From an uncultured Gammaproteobacteria bacterium (lineage in GTDB: Bacteria; Patescibacteriota; Patescibacteriia; SG8-24): 64,000 bases of DNA. Of this stretch, positions 52,031-62,900 are shown piece after piece; the first letter of the stretch is position 1, and every line of letters starts with the position of its first letter. The DNA is taken from the NCBI GenBank assembly GCA_964486995.1, contig CAZAOV010000001.1, positions 95,168 to 159,167 of the forward strand, read 5' to 3'. The translations under genes were made by a program, and so were the position numbers. Below the pieces are notes generated by a model that was not told the DNA's origin, searched no databases, and worked only from the letters and a program-made list of their open reading frames with translations.

Positions 52031-54151
52031 TTAATGTATGAATCGAGCTCTGACTCCGCCACGATGATGCATTCCGTAGGCTTGAAAAGTAATCTCGGGC
52101 CGAGCAGATGAGGCGGTCACGGTTACCGCAGGTGCCTTGCCTTCTAGTGATCCCCAAACCGTGCGGTGAGGCGCGGTTGTGTTGGGAGTTTCTAGGCCAA
52201 CTCCGCTGGCGGTCATCTCCGGTACCGCACCACCATCGCCTAAATAATCTCCCTGTCCGTTGTAGACCGCGGTCGTCGGTTCTCCTTTCGGGTCATGACC
52301 CTGCACAACCAGCTCAACCGTGCCGTCACCGTCCAAGTCCTCCATCATCACCATCATTCCACGATCATAGTCGATACCGAAGGGCATAATAGTAAATAGG
52401 TGTGTGCCGTGTTTATCGAAGATACGCACTTCGGGTTTACCGCGTCCCGGTGATACGGCAATCTCTGTTTCGCCATCGTTATTGAAATCACCGGCAGCAA
52501 CGTCTGTCCCCCCGCGATAGCCTTCCTCAAAGGCGAAAAATCCGCCGAGCACCTGACCTCGCTTATCAAACACCCGAATATGCGGACCGCCACCTGGACC
52601 GGCTCCGGTTATAATTTCATCAATGCCATCGTCATCCAAATCGCTGACATCAATCTCGACCCCACCCCGGAAATCGCTATTATAGGCGAAAAATCCGCCG
52701 ATCGGTCGTGTATTTATGTCAAAAATTCTAACGTGCGGACCGCCGCCGGACAGTGCACCAGCTATAATGCTGTCACGATGAGTGCCGTCAAAGTTACCGA
52801 TAGCAAGCGAAACACCGCCCATAAACGATTCGGGGAACGCATTAAAGCTCCGAACAAACAGGCCGTATTCGGTAAAAATTCTTACTTCAGGAGCATGACC
52901 GGCGCCGGGACTAGTAACTACATAGCGACCGTAAGCTTCTTCTGGTGCCAACATTGCCGTAGCTTTCACCTGCTCTATGGGTTGCAGCTGCTGATCTTGC
53001 AGGACCTTTTTCACTGCCGCCGCGGCATCAATCCGACCACGTCCTAGACGACCAAAATAATCTTCGTTCAAAATGTCAATATTTTCCGAAGTCTCGGTTA
53101 AGATGTTCATCACCCTCTTAGGGGTTAATGCGCTATCGAGCGAAAACATCAACGACACCAGACCTGAAACCAGAGGAGCGGCCACGGAAGTCCCGCTGTA
53201 ATAACCACCATAGGCTTCAACAAAATCCATGCTCCCAGGAACAACGACCTGAGTGGAAATTATTCTTTCCCCCGGAGCGCTGATATCAATACAGGCGGCT
53301 CCGTAGTTAGAGAACTCGGCTTTCAAATCGTCTGCGTCGGTCGCCGCCACCCCGTAGACGTAATTTACGTTTGAATCGCGATCAAAACAAACCGGATAAA
53401 GCGGGTTGCGATCAAGATTATCCGCCTCGCCGTTATCCGGCGCATTGCCGGCTGCCGCCACCACAAATACGCCGCTGTCATAGGCACGACGAAGCGCATG
53501 GTTCAGCCGCGAGCTATAAGTCGAACCAACAAAGCTAAGATTAATGACTTTGGCTCCGTTATTGACTGCATAATCAACCGCACGCGCCACATCGTTTGGG
53601 TCTCCTACCCCATTTGAATCCAGCGCGCGTATCGGCATTATTGGCACTTGCCAGGCGACGCCCACGATACCAATCCGGTTATCGCCCTTAGCTGACGCCA
53701 GGCCAGCGCTAATTGTGCCGTGGTTCGCACCTAACAGTGAATAGTCACCGTAAGTATGCGGACTTGGGTCATTATCAGAATCAACGAAATCCCAGCCGAC
53801 GATGTCATCGACATATCCGTTGCCGTCGTTATCAACCCCGTCACCGGCGACCTCGTAGACGTTGCGCCAAATATTATCTTTTAAATCGGGATGATCCAAA
53901 TCAATGCCGCTGTCTATAATCGCAATCGGCACATTTTCCATGCCCAAACTGTACTGCCAAGCTTCCGGTGCTCCGATATGCGACAGATACCACTGCTGTT
54001 CAAAAAACTGGTCATCCGGAACACGCGCCGATGCAGCGCCCGGAAACCATAAATAGCTGGCCGTAAACAGCACCAGCATGATTAACATTGCTCGATTCAC
54101 TGGAGTTTGTTTCATGGATGTAAATTCATTGCCGAGATTATACTGCCGCAT
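52031..54151 (-). CDS. secreted S8 (subtilisin-like) protease with FG-GAP-like repeats
   Basis: Catalytic triad IIDSG / NHGT / SGTS; GAGPGGGPHIRVFD and GDFNNDG repeats; start may be 54115. Confidence 0.9.
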   Translation of the reverse strand: MRQYNLGNEFTSMKQTPVNRAMLIMLVLFTASYLWFPGAASARVPDDQFFEQQWYLSHIGAPEAWQYSLGMENVPIAIIDSGIDLDHPDLKDNIWRNVYEVAGDGVDNDGNGYVDDIVGWDFVDSDNDPSPHTYGDYSLLGANHGTISAGLASAKGDNRIGIVGVAWQVPIMPIRALDSNGVGDPNDVARAVDYAVNNGAKVINLSFVGSTYSSRLNHALRRAYDSGVFVVAAAGNAPDNGEADNLDRNPLYPVCFDRDSNVNYVYGVAATDADDLKAEFSNYGAACIDISAPGERIISTQVVVPGSMDFVEAYGGYYSGTSVAAPLVSGLVSLMFSLDSALTPKRVMNILTETSENIDILNEDYFGRLGRGRIDAAAAVKKVLQDQQLQPIEQVKATAMLAPEEAYGRYVVTSPGAGHAPEVRIFTEYGLFVRSFNAFPESFMGGVSLAIGNFDGTHRDSIIAGALSGGGPHVRIFDINTRPIGGFFAYNSDFRGGVEIDVSDLDDDGIDEIITGAGPGGGPHIRVFDKRGQVLGGFFAFEEGYRGGTDVAAGDFNNDGETEIAVSPGRGKPEVRIFDKHGTHLFTIMPFGIDYDRGMMVMMEDLDGDGTVELVVQGHDPKGEPTTAVYNGQGDYLGDGGAVPEMTASGVGLETPNTTAPHRTVWGSLEGKAPAVTVTASSARPEITFQAYGMHHRGGVRARFIH

Positions 54152-54209
54152 TCAGTAACGAGGGTATTGTACAGAGAGAATAAAATAATGAAAAGTGCTT
54201 TTGCGAATT

Positions 54210-54236
54210 AAAAAAAGGCGCTTGTTCGCGCCCTTT
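54210..54236 (-). terminator. intrinsic terminator
   Basis: GGCGC/GCGCC stem with T-run on the minus strand. Confidence 0.6.
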
Positions 54237-54247
54237 ATCCCCGCTGC

Positions 54248-54469
54248 TTATTTCATCTTCCGAAGCTTCTCGTGAAAATGCAGACCGATGCCTATCACGT
54301 CCTTTCGGCTTGAGCTTTTGAGTAATTCCTGCTCAATAAAGCCAAATTCTTCATCCATTGGCATCTGTCCGAACATGTCGTCAGAGGGTGGTTCGCTCCC
54401 GAATCCACCACCAAACGAACCGTCTGGCGGGCCAAACGGCCCCCCACCTTGAAAATCTGAAGGTAACAT
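54248..54469 (-). CDS. small protein with G/P/F/D low-complexity N-terminus
   Basis: 73-aa ORF with TTGAAA-17-TGnTATAAT promoter (54523-54495) and its own terminator. Confidence 0.65.
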   Translation of the reverse strand: MLPSDFQGGGPFGPPDGSFGGGFGSEPPSDDMFGQMPMDEEFGFIEQELLKSSSRKDVIGIGLHFHEKLRKMK

Positions 54470-54657
54470 TTTATTTTTGTTTATTTCTGTTTATATTATA
54501 GCATTTTTGGGGGCAGCTTTCAATTGCTCCGTTTAAACATGCTTGAGGCGACCACCGCACCAAAAAAACTTTCTGAGCACAAAAAATTAAAAACCCTCCC
54601 CCGCGCGGAAACGAGGAAGGGCGGCAAGAGGGCGATTAGACTTCAGTGTAAAACACG

Positions 54658-57531
54658 CTAAGAACCCTTGACATTCAGGGAGCTCTTCACATTGACCACG
54701 CCATCAGCAGCGGTTCCGGGCAGCGGTTCATATGTGCCGGACGGTATATCAGTCCAGAGAAAGTCACCGTTTGTCATCAACTCCACTTTCAGGGAGTAAT
54801 CTCTGTCTTGCGCGAATGCGGTGGTATAGAGCTCAAGCTGATAATCAAATGAAGCACCAGCCGGAATGATAATTTCTGAACCTTCGTCAATGTCATATTC
54901 GATGATTCCGTAATCGCTCGATTGTGAGTCGTAACCGGACGGCGTGGAGTCTCGGCTGCTACCGGATGCTATATAGTATCTGATGCTGACACTGCTGTCC
55001 TCACCGAACGTATCCTTGGTGCCGTTAGGATAGACGCGTTTTAGATTTACCACGCCGTCATCGTCACGCGCATCGCCGTTTCGATCCGCCCAAAGTTCCA
55101 GCGCATCATTATCGGAACCTTCCTTTCCGGCGTCTGATGGGTCTAGCATGAACGACAGTTTCCGCACCCGCACCATACCAGTTTCATCCGCCGCCAAACT
55201 GAATCTCAGCACCTGTATCTCGGAGCCGCGATAGACATCACCCGATGGGGAATACTCGGACTTGCTGGCGTACAATTTGGAATACCTGACGATGATTGCA
55301 CTAGAGCGATTCTCCTTTAGCTCAAACCCGGGCAAATTCAAATCCGTAGCCTCGAAATCATCGAGCGTAGAAACAGACGAGAACACCAACGGACCCATGA
55401 TGTTTAGATCAACACCCAACTCCTCACCATATACAACGCCGCCAATCTTGGGATAGATATCACCGTATAGACGCACCGAAGTTTCTGTATCCCGGGGCAG
55501 CCAGGCCGCCAAGCCGGAAAAGGTCGCCAGACCGCCGAGCATTTCCCCGTCCACAGACACAACCTCTCCAGCCTGATTATCATATTCAAGTCGCAAGTTA
55601 CCCAAAGAATCAGCAGTTGAACTCGACTGCCTGAAGGTGATTATTTTGAGCAGGTAATCATCAAACTGCGGCTCGAATTTAATGTCGCCGAGATGCACCT
55701 CTTGCCCGGCAATTTGGTTGCCGCTATCTCCATACCAACCTAAATCCATCTCGCCTTTTTCTCGAATGGTGAGACGGCCGATGGCGTTCACACCATGATT
55801 GGGATTCTTGCCGCTAGCCGGTACTTGATCGCCCGTCTCATCAGTAACTATGACGTTTAGTGCGGCATCTTCAATATCGAAAGCAACCATATTTGGACTG
55901 CCTTCTAGATTAAGGCTGTGGCTGATATCGCCGTGCACGATGACTTGCTGTGAACCACCGGCCGGAATATACAAATTCATTCCGGTGAACGTGACCACGC
56001 CGTTTACGTCTATAGTTTCCGGACCGGCGATCGTGCTTCCATCAGGATTACGCAGAGTCACCTGATCTGACACGAAAGTTTCGCGCACCAGAGTTTCGGT
56101 GCCGTTGTCCGCGTCGCTACCGGGCAGAAAGCCGCCGGAATCGCCCTCATCGATATAACCCTGCATCGTCATCGATTGAACGACGTTTGGCGCCGATGTC
56201 GTGGCATGAAGGGTGAAGTCGGTTATCGGAACATTGAGCGCACCCTTGACGTAAGTCTGGTTGCTGTATGCGGCTGTGGCATCCACCTCTAGGCTGTCGG
56301 CCAGCGTGGTAAGCGCTGGGCCAATTATGTCGGAGGCGGGCAGGAACGGTGTTAGCTGTCCCTGATCATCGATGAATTGAATGCCGGAATTGAGTAGCTT
56401 GACCTGATATCCTTCCGAATCCGGCAGCAGATGGTTCAGTCGCGCCTTTAGAAACAGCACCACATCTTCGCCGGCCGGAATCAACAAATTACCAGTATAA
56501 TTAAGTGTCTGCACTTGGTCAAGATTGACATCAAGCGCGATTTCTTGACGCCCCAGAACCTCGAAACCTGAACCATTAACGAAAGTCAGATGCGAAAAAT
56601 TCTTCTGAGCGTTATTGCCGTAGACTAATCCACCTGCATCATCGTCAACTTCACCCTCGTCGCGGGAGTCGTCTGTGGTCGCCTGAAGCACCGCGGTAAG
56701 ACGAGTCAGTCGAACATCTCGCCCGGCAGTTATATGCAGCTCCAGCAAAGTGGCGTTACTGGCCACGGCGATGAACGTTGACGGCGGCGTCTGAACTCGC
56801 AGCTGCGGCGGCACAGCAACCGAAACCACATTGCGCTCAGCCGTATCGGTTATCGCAGCTTCGGGTGCGGTAATTGATTCGGCTTCCGGATAGGTAGATA
56901 AATCCAGTTCGGTTGTCACCAGATGCTGTTCCTGAATTCTCAATTGATCCAATAGGTCTTCGGTGGAAATTCTGCGTTTGGTGCCATTGTCTATGTAAAA
57001 AAATGCGTCGTCGCTAGAGCGCCGCACTACGGTGCCAGTAGGCCAAACCGGCGCCGCTAACGGCGAACCGATCGAATAATTTATGAAATAAGTATCCGGA
57101 ACGTCATCAATAATTTGATTCCAGCTCTCGCCGTATAAATCATTGGCAATTGATTCACTGCCGATTGCGCGCAGCACTCCACCGGGCTCCACTGCATACA
57201 CGGTCGGATCAGAAGTTATTTTTATTAGGCGAGTGCCGGGGCGGTATGTGATATTACCGCCGATCATGTGTGCCGCCATTTCGGCTTCGCTCACCTCGCG
57301 CACGCCAGAAAAATCTTCGTACCATGTGTGATAAACCTTTGAGGACGGAAACACGTAACGCTTGCCGTCATCGGCAACATAATAGACTGCGGCATCGTGC
57401 TGAGTGTCGGGATTATTGTCGCTGACCAGCTTGATTAAGTCACCCGGAACCGTGGCGGCAAAAACGTCATCCGGCGAAGACACGAAGCACAACGCCAAGG
57501 CGATTGCGATAAAAATTAAGTATTTTTTCAT
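54658..57531 (-). CDS. secreted S-layer-like paralog
   Basis: Signal peptide MKKYLIFI (ATG 57531); shared N-terminal domain; acidic beta-rich body. Confidence 0.85.
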   Translation of the reverse strand: MKKYLIFIAIALALCFVSSPDDVFAATVPGDLIKLVSDNNPDTQHDAAVYYVADDGKRYVFPSSKVYHTWYEDFSGVREVSEAEMAAHMIGGNITYRPGTRLIKITSDPTVYAVEPGGVLRAIGSESIANDLYGESWNQIIDDVPDTYFINYSIGSPLAAPVWPTGTVVRRSSDDAFFYIDNGTKRRISTEDLLDQLRIQEQHLVTTELDLSTYPEAESITAPEAAITDTAERNVVSVAVPPQLRVQTPPSTFIAVASNATLLELHITAGRDVRLTRLTAVLQATTDDSRDEGEVDDDAGGLVYGNNAQKNFSHLTFVNGSGFEVLGRQEIALDVNLDQVQTLNYTGNLLIPAGEDVVLFLKARLNHLLPDSEGYQVKLLNSGIQFIDDQGQLTPFLPASDIIGPALTTLADSLEVDATAAYSNQTYVKGALNVPITDFTLHATTSAPNVVQSMTMQGYIDEGDSGGFLPGSDADNGTETLVRETFVSDQVTLRNPDGSTIAGPETIDVNGVVTFTGMNLYIPAGGSQQVIVHGDISHSLNLEGSPNMVAFDIEDAALNVIVTDETGDQVPASGKNPNHGVNAIGRLTIREKGEMDLGWYGDSGNQIAGQEVHLGDIKFEPQFDDYLLKIITFRQSSSTADSLGNLRLEYDNQAGEVVSVDGEMLGGLATFSGLAAWLPRDTETSVRLYGDIYPKIGGVVYGEELGVDLNIMGPLVFSSVSTLDDFEATDLNLPGFELKENRSSAIIVRYSKLYASKSEYSPSGDVYRGSEIQVLRFSLAADETGMVRVRKLSFMLDPSDAGKEGSDNDALELWADRNGDARDDDGVVNLKRVYPNGTKDTFGEDSSVSIRYYIASGSSRDSTPSGYDSQSSDYGIIEYDIDEGSEIIIPAGASFDYQLELYTTAFAQDRDYSLKVELMTNGDFLWTDIPSGTYEPLPGTAADGVVNVKSSLNVKGS

Positions 57532-57618
57532 ACAGCTGGTTTTTAATTGCCAAAGACAACGGGAGCGTCTGCCTGCCGGCATATCTGTCTTTACAAAATA
57601 TTAGAGGAATGCTCTGAC

Positions 57619-58830
57619 CTACCCCACAGGCTTCCCTACCGTGTAATTCACGAAGAACGGGTCTGGGATGTCGTCAATCATCTGATTCCAATTTTCACCA
57701 TACAGCCGCTCTGCCGTATCCTCGTCCGGCACCCATCGCAGTACGCCGTCCGCATCTACCGCAAACACTTCTGGACTGGACTCGATTTTCACCATTCTGA
57801 CACCCGGACGATAAGTGACGTTGCCGCCAATGGGAATCTGCGCCATTAGCTCCTTGCTGATTTCAATTACGCCAGCGAAAGAATCGTACCAAGTGTCGTG
57901 CGTTTTTCGGTTTGGAAAAACATATCGCTTGCCGTCAGTTCCGCAATAGTACAGCGTGGAGCTATTCGGTGTCTTGATTCGGCTATTGGGATGGCAGGTG
58001 GTCGTACCCACGGGCAATTCAGCGGCCAATAGACCCTTATCTACCCCAATGGTTTCCGCTGCTGCGATAATTTCTGCTGGCTCATAGATATCAACTGGCT
58101 TCGGTTCCGGCGGCGGCTCCAAGCCCCGTATCGTAAAATCACCGGTCACGGCCATAGCCACAATTCGACCGGCGTTAATGCCCTCGATCTTTAACCGCAC
58201 GACATCCGTGGTGATTACTTCCGGCACGGCCCAGTTGTAGAAACCGGTATTAAACAACTCTCCGGCAAACGGCTCGGCAAAAGTGGTACCACCATCGACC
58301 GACAGGCGCAGTTGAAGATAAGATGGCGCACGACCGATGGTGCTCCACAAAATCTGATGCGTGTCTCCCATCGACAGTTCGGTATCGGCGCTCGGTGAAG
58401 AGATGACGATTTGCGAAGTGTCCTCGGGCTCAGCCTCGTCGGTTTCGCAAAACAGCGAAGAGACGACGATATTTACGGTCTTCGGACCGGTGATAATGAG
58501 TTGGTTTTCCCGACTAGGTGTGACATTGCATACCTGCAGGCTGGCGTTATTCTCCAAGCGGCGTGGATTCGGGCCAAGGGACCGGAATTCAAACGCCTCA
58601 TTCTCGGGAACGGTCACGAATATCGAGTCGCCTTCATGATAGATATCCTCATAAACCGAACCGGCTTTGATCACCAAGGAAAAGCTATCCGTGGCATAAG
58701 AGGTATCCTCGGTGGCGGTTGTATAAACCGGAACCGATTCGATGTATAGCGTGGGCACGGCTTCCTCGGCTAGGGCAGTCATCGGAGCCAGCAAACCAGC
58801 CAGTGTCAGGAGAGTGATTAGTTTTTTCAT
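57619..58830 (-). CDS. secreted protein with Ig-like domain and shared C-terminal domain
   Basis: Signal peptide; I.WS...LSVDGG.TF....NTGFYNW.VP module; C-terminal DGKRYVFP domain. Confidence 0.85.
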   Translation of the reverse strand: MKKLITLLTLAGLLAPMTALAEEAVPTLYIESVPVYTTATEDTSYATDSFSLVIKAGSVYEDIYHEGDSIFVTVPENEAFEFRSLGPNPRRLENNASLQVCNVTPSRENQLIITGPKTVNIVVSSLFCETDEAEPEDTSQIVISSPSADTELSMGDTHQILWSTIGRAPSYLQLRLSVDGGTTFAEPFAGELFNTGFYNWAVPEVITTDVVRLKIEGINAGRIVAMAVTGDFTIRGLEPPPEPKPVDIYEPAEIIAAAETIGVDKGLLAAELPVGTTTCHPNSRIKTPNSSTLYYCGTDGKRYVFPNRKTHDTWYDSFAGVIEISKELMAQIPIGGNVTYRPGVRMVKIESSPEVFAVDADGVLRWVPDEDTAERLYGENWNQMIDDIPDPFFVNYTVGKPVG

Positions 58831-58920
58831 ATATTAGATAGTAGGTGTGTTGTGATTTGAGGTAATTGTACACAATTTTTGTAGAAGCATATAAGCGTGT
58901 AAACGACTTTTTCATTATTT

Positions 58921-58944
58921 ATGTGTAGAAGTATAGAAGTATAG
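58921..58944. repeat. octamer array, left arm
   Basis: ATGTGTAG AAGTATAG AAGTATAG. Confidence 0.8.
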
Positions 58945-59010
58945 TAGGTTGTTTTGGCTAAATATTTCCGTTTGACAACATCGGGACACACTGATAAGCA
59001 ATGTCTTAAT

Positions 59011-59376
59011 ATGAATGTCAGAACTCCATTTACTGAGCTACGAATATGGAAACAAGCGCACAAACTTGCGTTAGAAATTTATAGTATTTCAAACAAATTT
59101 CCGGTCGAGGAAAAATTTGGACTGCAATCCCAAATTAGACGCTCTGTTTCCTCTGTTTCGGCCAATATTGCTGAAGCATCCGGCAGAGAAACCAGGAAAG
59201 ATATTGCTAGATTTCTAACAATATCGAGAGGGTCCGTTCAGGAAACCATCAGCCACTGCTTACTTGCTAAAGACTTGGGAATTATTGATGAAAGCGAGGC
59301 TAATCTGATTATCAATAAATACAATATCCTGGCTGCAGGAATACACAAGTATAAATATGTGGTAATGAATAGGTAG
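59011..59376 (+). CDS. four-helix-bundle protein (23S rRNA IVP / bAvd-like superfamily)
   Basis: L.IW..A......IY.....FP.EEKFGL.SQIRRS..SV.ANIAE..GR......RFL.ISRGS..E; TTGACA at 58972. Confidence 0.92.
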   Translation: MNVRTPFTELRIWKQAHKLALEIYSISNKFPVEEKFGLQSQIRRSVSSVSANIAEASGRETRKDIARFLTISRGSVQETISHCLLAKDLGIIDESEANLIINKYNILAAGIHKYKYVVMNR

Positions 59377-59384
59377 CCACCCTC

Positions 59385-59408
59385 CTACACTTCTATACTT
59401 CTATACCC
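59385..59408. repeat. octamer array, right arm
   Basis: CTACACTT CTATACTT CTATACCC; near reverse complement of 58921-58944. Confidence 0.8.
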
Positions 59409-59412
59409 CTAA

Positions 59413-59443
59413 ACAAAAAACCACCCGTAGGGTGGTTTTTTGT
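59413..59443. terminator. bidirectional intrinsic terminator
   Basis: ACAAAAAACCACCC-gta-GGGTGGTTTTTTGT. Confidence 0.85.
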
Positions 59444-59970
59444 CGTCTCGCGAATGAGCGGGACGTTATTGAGAATTCTTCGTCAGATCGAATCGGCTCG
59501 GAATAATGTCGGACGGTCTCGGTTGCGGCGGCTGGCATTGGCAGCCGTGCCACAAAGTGCAGTTCGCACCGACCGACCCTCCCTAAGAGCGCATGGGAAG
59601 AACTATTGGATTCACGCGAAGGCGACATTCCTGTCTGGTGGCACATATATATAAACGGCCTACACATGACGGATGGCGCTGGTTCGCCGTAAACTAACGG
59701 ACTTCCGGAGCGGGGTGGGATGGCTGATGGTAACTAGCTGAACCCGGCGCACAGAGCCTGACGCTCGCCGGACACAACTTCGACTATCTTCAATTATTAG
59801 GAACGCGAATCGACATGGTTTCGAACTTTCGCCGGAGAAGGTGCGCCTTTTTCGCGCGACCCGTCCGCTATCCCCTCGGCAGTCGAGGTGGAGCCGAACT
59901 ATTTTGGCTCGACCCCACTCGACTTACCCCAGGTGAGGGCGGCTTTTAGTTTCCAAGGGAGCCGCTAACC
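59444..59970 (+). ncRNA. candidate large structured non-coding element, family not recognised
   Basis: No credible ORF; many stems with G-U pairs on the plus strand; long-range closing helix 59510-59521/59855-59867. Confidence 0.45.
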
Positions 59971-59995
59971 CAGCAAAGTTTCAATTCAGAGTGTC

Positions 59996-62900
59996 CTAGT
60001 TGGACATGGTCTGAGAGTCGGTCGGGAGGACGTTGACGTAGAAGCCATTGGCCCAGTCGGCAGAACCATCATCCAGGTCATCGTGGGCCAACAGTGAAAT
60101 GTCGGACCAGACGAAGCGGGAACCGGTGTCGTCGACCAGCAACGAGTAACCGTTAGCAACGCCGTCGTAATCGAGGTCACCAGTGTCAGCGGCATCGTCG
60201 CCGAGCAGTTTGGTGCTCAGGGAATCGGTGCCTGTGCTGGCATTAGCGACATCCAGTATCAGGTCGTAGGTGACCTGCGAACCGGCGGAAATGACCTCTT
60301 CCTGGTCAAAGACCACAGCGAAGGTACATTCCTCGCCGTCCTCGCAGTTTGCGTCAGTATCAGTGCTGTACACAGTCACGTTACCATCGATGTAGTCGCC
60401 ACCGACGCGGCGGACGGAGGACTTGGTACCGACCGGGTCGACATTGCCGTTGCTCTGGTTCTGGACCTCGAATACGAGACCCTTCAGCGCGACTGCACCG
60501 GCCGCATCGGCGGATACGGTGAAGCGGGAAGCGGTCACGTCACCGGCGGTCAACAGAGAGCCCGGCAGGCTGACGAGAGCCACGCTCGGCTTGCTCTTGC
60601 GACTGACCTTGACGTAGCCGTCAATCTGGTTACTAGGCAGGCCAGCGCCGTTGTTCAGGTTGTCACCATCCAGAACGGTGTTGGAGCCGGAGCCTGTGCC
60701 GCGGGCCTCAAAGTTGGTCTCGACCATGGTCACGGTAGCTTCCATTCCGGTGTCAGCACCAGAGGCGCCAACGCTGTTCAGGTTACCCTTGACGGTCATG
60801 GTCTTGTGGCTGTCCTTCGGCACGACGAAGGTCATGCTGGAGAAGTCAGCGACACCGCCAGCAGTGACGCCCACCGGACCGCCGACTAGCGTCGAGCCGT
60901 CCCATAGGGACAGGCTGCCTACGGCTTCACCGTTGACCACAGTAAAGACGATGTCCTCAACGTTGATCTCTTCGTTCTCGGCGGTGAACTTGTACTTGGC
61001 CAAGACGGCGTTAGAGGTGCCACCGACGACGATACCAGCCTCGGTATCAGCGTCTTCCGGAGCGCGGACAACGTTCAGGTTGCCTGCCAGAGCGACGTTG
61101 TGGTTTGGACCATCAGCCGGGAGACCGACAATCTGTGTGGCCGCAAGCGGCTCACCTTCGGCATCTTCGACGTCACCGTCGAGGTCGCCACCATCAATGT
61201 CGAATTCGAGGTTGGCAACGAGACCGCCGAGCGAGCTGCGCAGGTCAACCTTCAGCGTTACGCCGACGGTCTGACCGGCCGGAACCAAGAGGTTCAGATT
61301 GTCAAAGACAAACTGCTCATTGGTGTTCGGACTCTCGAGTGAACCGAGCTGGGTCGAGCCGTTCCACAAGCTGCCGCTCATAACGACAGTGTCGAGAACT
61401 ACTGATGAATCATCACCAGTGATCGTGATGGTATCGACATACAGGTCGGACGCGTCGTTGGCGGTCAGACCGAAGCCGAATACCTCAACACCGGTACTAC
61501 CTTGGATGAAGGTCTGGGCGACCGGCGTGGAACCTGTAGCAACAGTCAGCTCCGGAGCCACTACTCCATGGTCGTTACCCGCCAGGCGAGTGGCCGGAAC
61601 AAAGTCGAGATCCTCGTCTAGGTCTTCACCGTTGTCGAGATTCCTGACGTCGCCGGTGTTGAATAGGTCATCTTCAGCATCATCACCCCAAGTCACCATA
61701 ACGGTGTCACTGACGATACCAGCGGCATCCTCGATGTCAGCACGTACTGACAAGGTGCGGCTGGAACCAGCACCGATGTTATAGGACTCAGTGAAGTCAA
61801 AGTCCTGCTCGACGACACCGTTGTAGGTGTTTGCCGGACCAGCGATGGTGACACCAGTAGCAGTGTCAACAATCTTCAGGTCAGTGATCACATCATTGAC
61901 ATTAGAACCACCCACTATGGTCACGGTCAGCCCAGTGTTGCGAACCTCAAGGTTTGCCTGGGCGGACAGGGTGATGTTGAGAAGCTCAACGTCACTGGCA
62001 CCAGTAGCAATGTCGCGCGAAGCCGGGCCGTTCAGAACGGCGGTCAGCTTACCAGCCTCGATACCGACGTCACCTGGAGTCCAGCTATCAAGTGTGGCCA
62101 TGCCATAGCCATAGCTCTGACCGACACACAGCAAGTCTGCAACCTGGTCGAGGTCTAATCTGACGACATCGTTAGTATCAACAGCCGCGCTTACGTCAGC
62201 ATAGAGGTCGAAAGTTCGGGGTGAACCATCTTCCAACGAGAACGGAGCGGGCAAAATAAATACCGCCAAATCATCATTCAGACCAGCGACAGTAGCCAGA
62301 GTATCACCACTCTGCTTCAGAACGAAGTTGCTCAGGTCACCAGCGTTAACGCCGCCGACTTCGACAGCGATGCGGGTAAAGTGAGCGTCCTCGTTAGTAG
62401 CCTCAAGCTGGAACTCGCCAATCTTGGCGCCCATCTCACCGGCCTTGATGTCAGCAACTGCGCCTCCGTCTGTGATTTCACACTGACCGGCATTAACACC
62501 AGCAAAGGTGAAGGACGGACCAGTCACCGGAGTGCCGGCGGCGCTCACAGTACCGGAAGTCAGACCAACGATTTGGAACGCGTTAACGTTGCCAGCGTCG
62601 GCTAAATCACCATCAACATCGAGTGGGTTGTCAACATCAACAGCGAGCCAGAAGGACTCGGTAGCGCCCGGGCCAACAGAGACACCCAAGTTTCCGAAGG
62701 TGGTCTCCTGGCTGGAACCACTCAGGGTGCGGCCATTGCTCAGGCGATCGTTGCCATGATAGACGTACACGGCATCGAAGTCATCGACTTCACCCGGACC
62801 AGTGCGGCGCACGGTCAGAGAGTCGAGCGGAAGGGCGGCGGAGCCACCATTCATGACGTCGAATTTCAGTACGTTGACGCCGGTCGCACCCTTCGGAAGG

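Noticed and set aside
59401-59667. Short ORFs 59454-59654 (+) and 59401-59667 (-)
   Set aside because: No SD or recognisable motif; the minus-strand ORF runs through a terminator and repeats; better explained as structured non-coding DNA.
59011-59970. Diversity-generating retroelement (Avd-like gene plus adjacent non-coding region as template repeat)
   Set aside because: No reverse transcriptase in the window, and I saw no ~100-bp repeat pair differing at adenines.
59444-59995. tmRNA, RNase P, SRP, or group I/II intron
   Set aside because: Only fragmentary look-alikes (GAACCCGGC; AAGATAGTC; AGC...GAAA hairpin); the partner conserved elements are missing.
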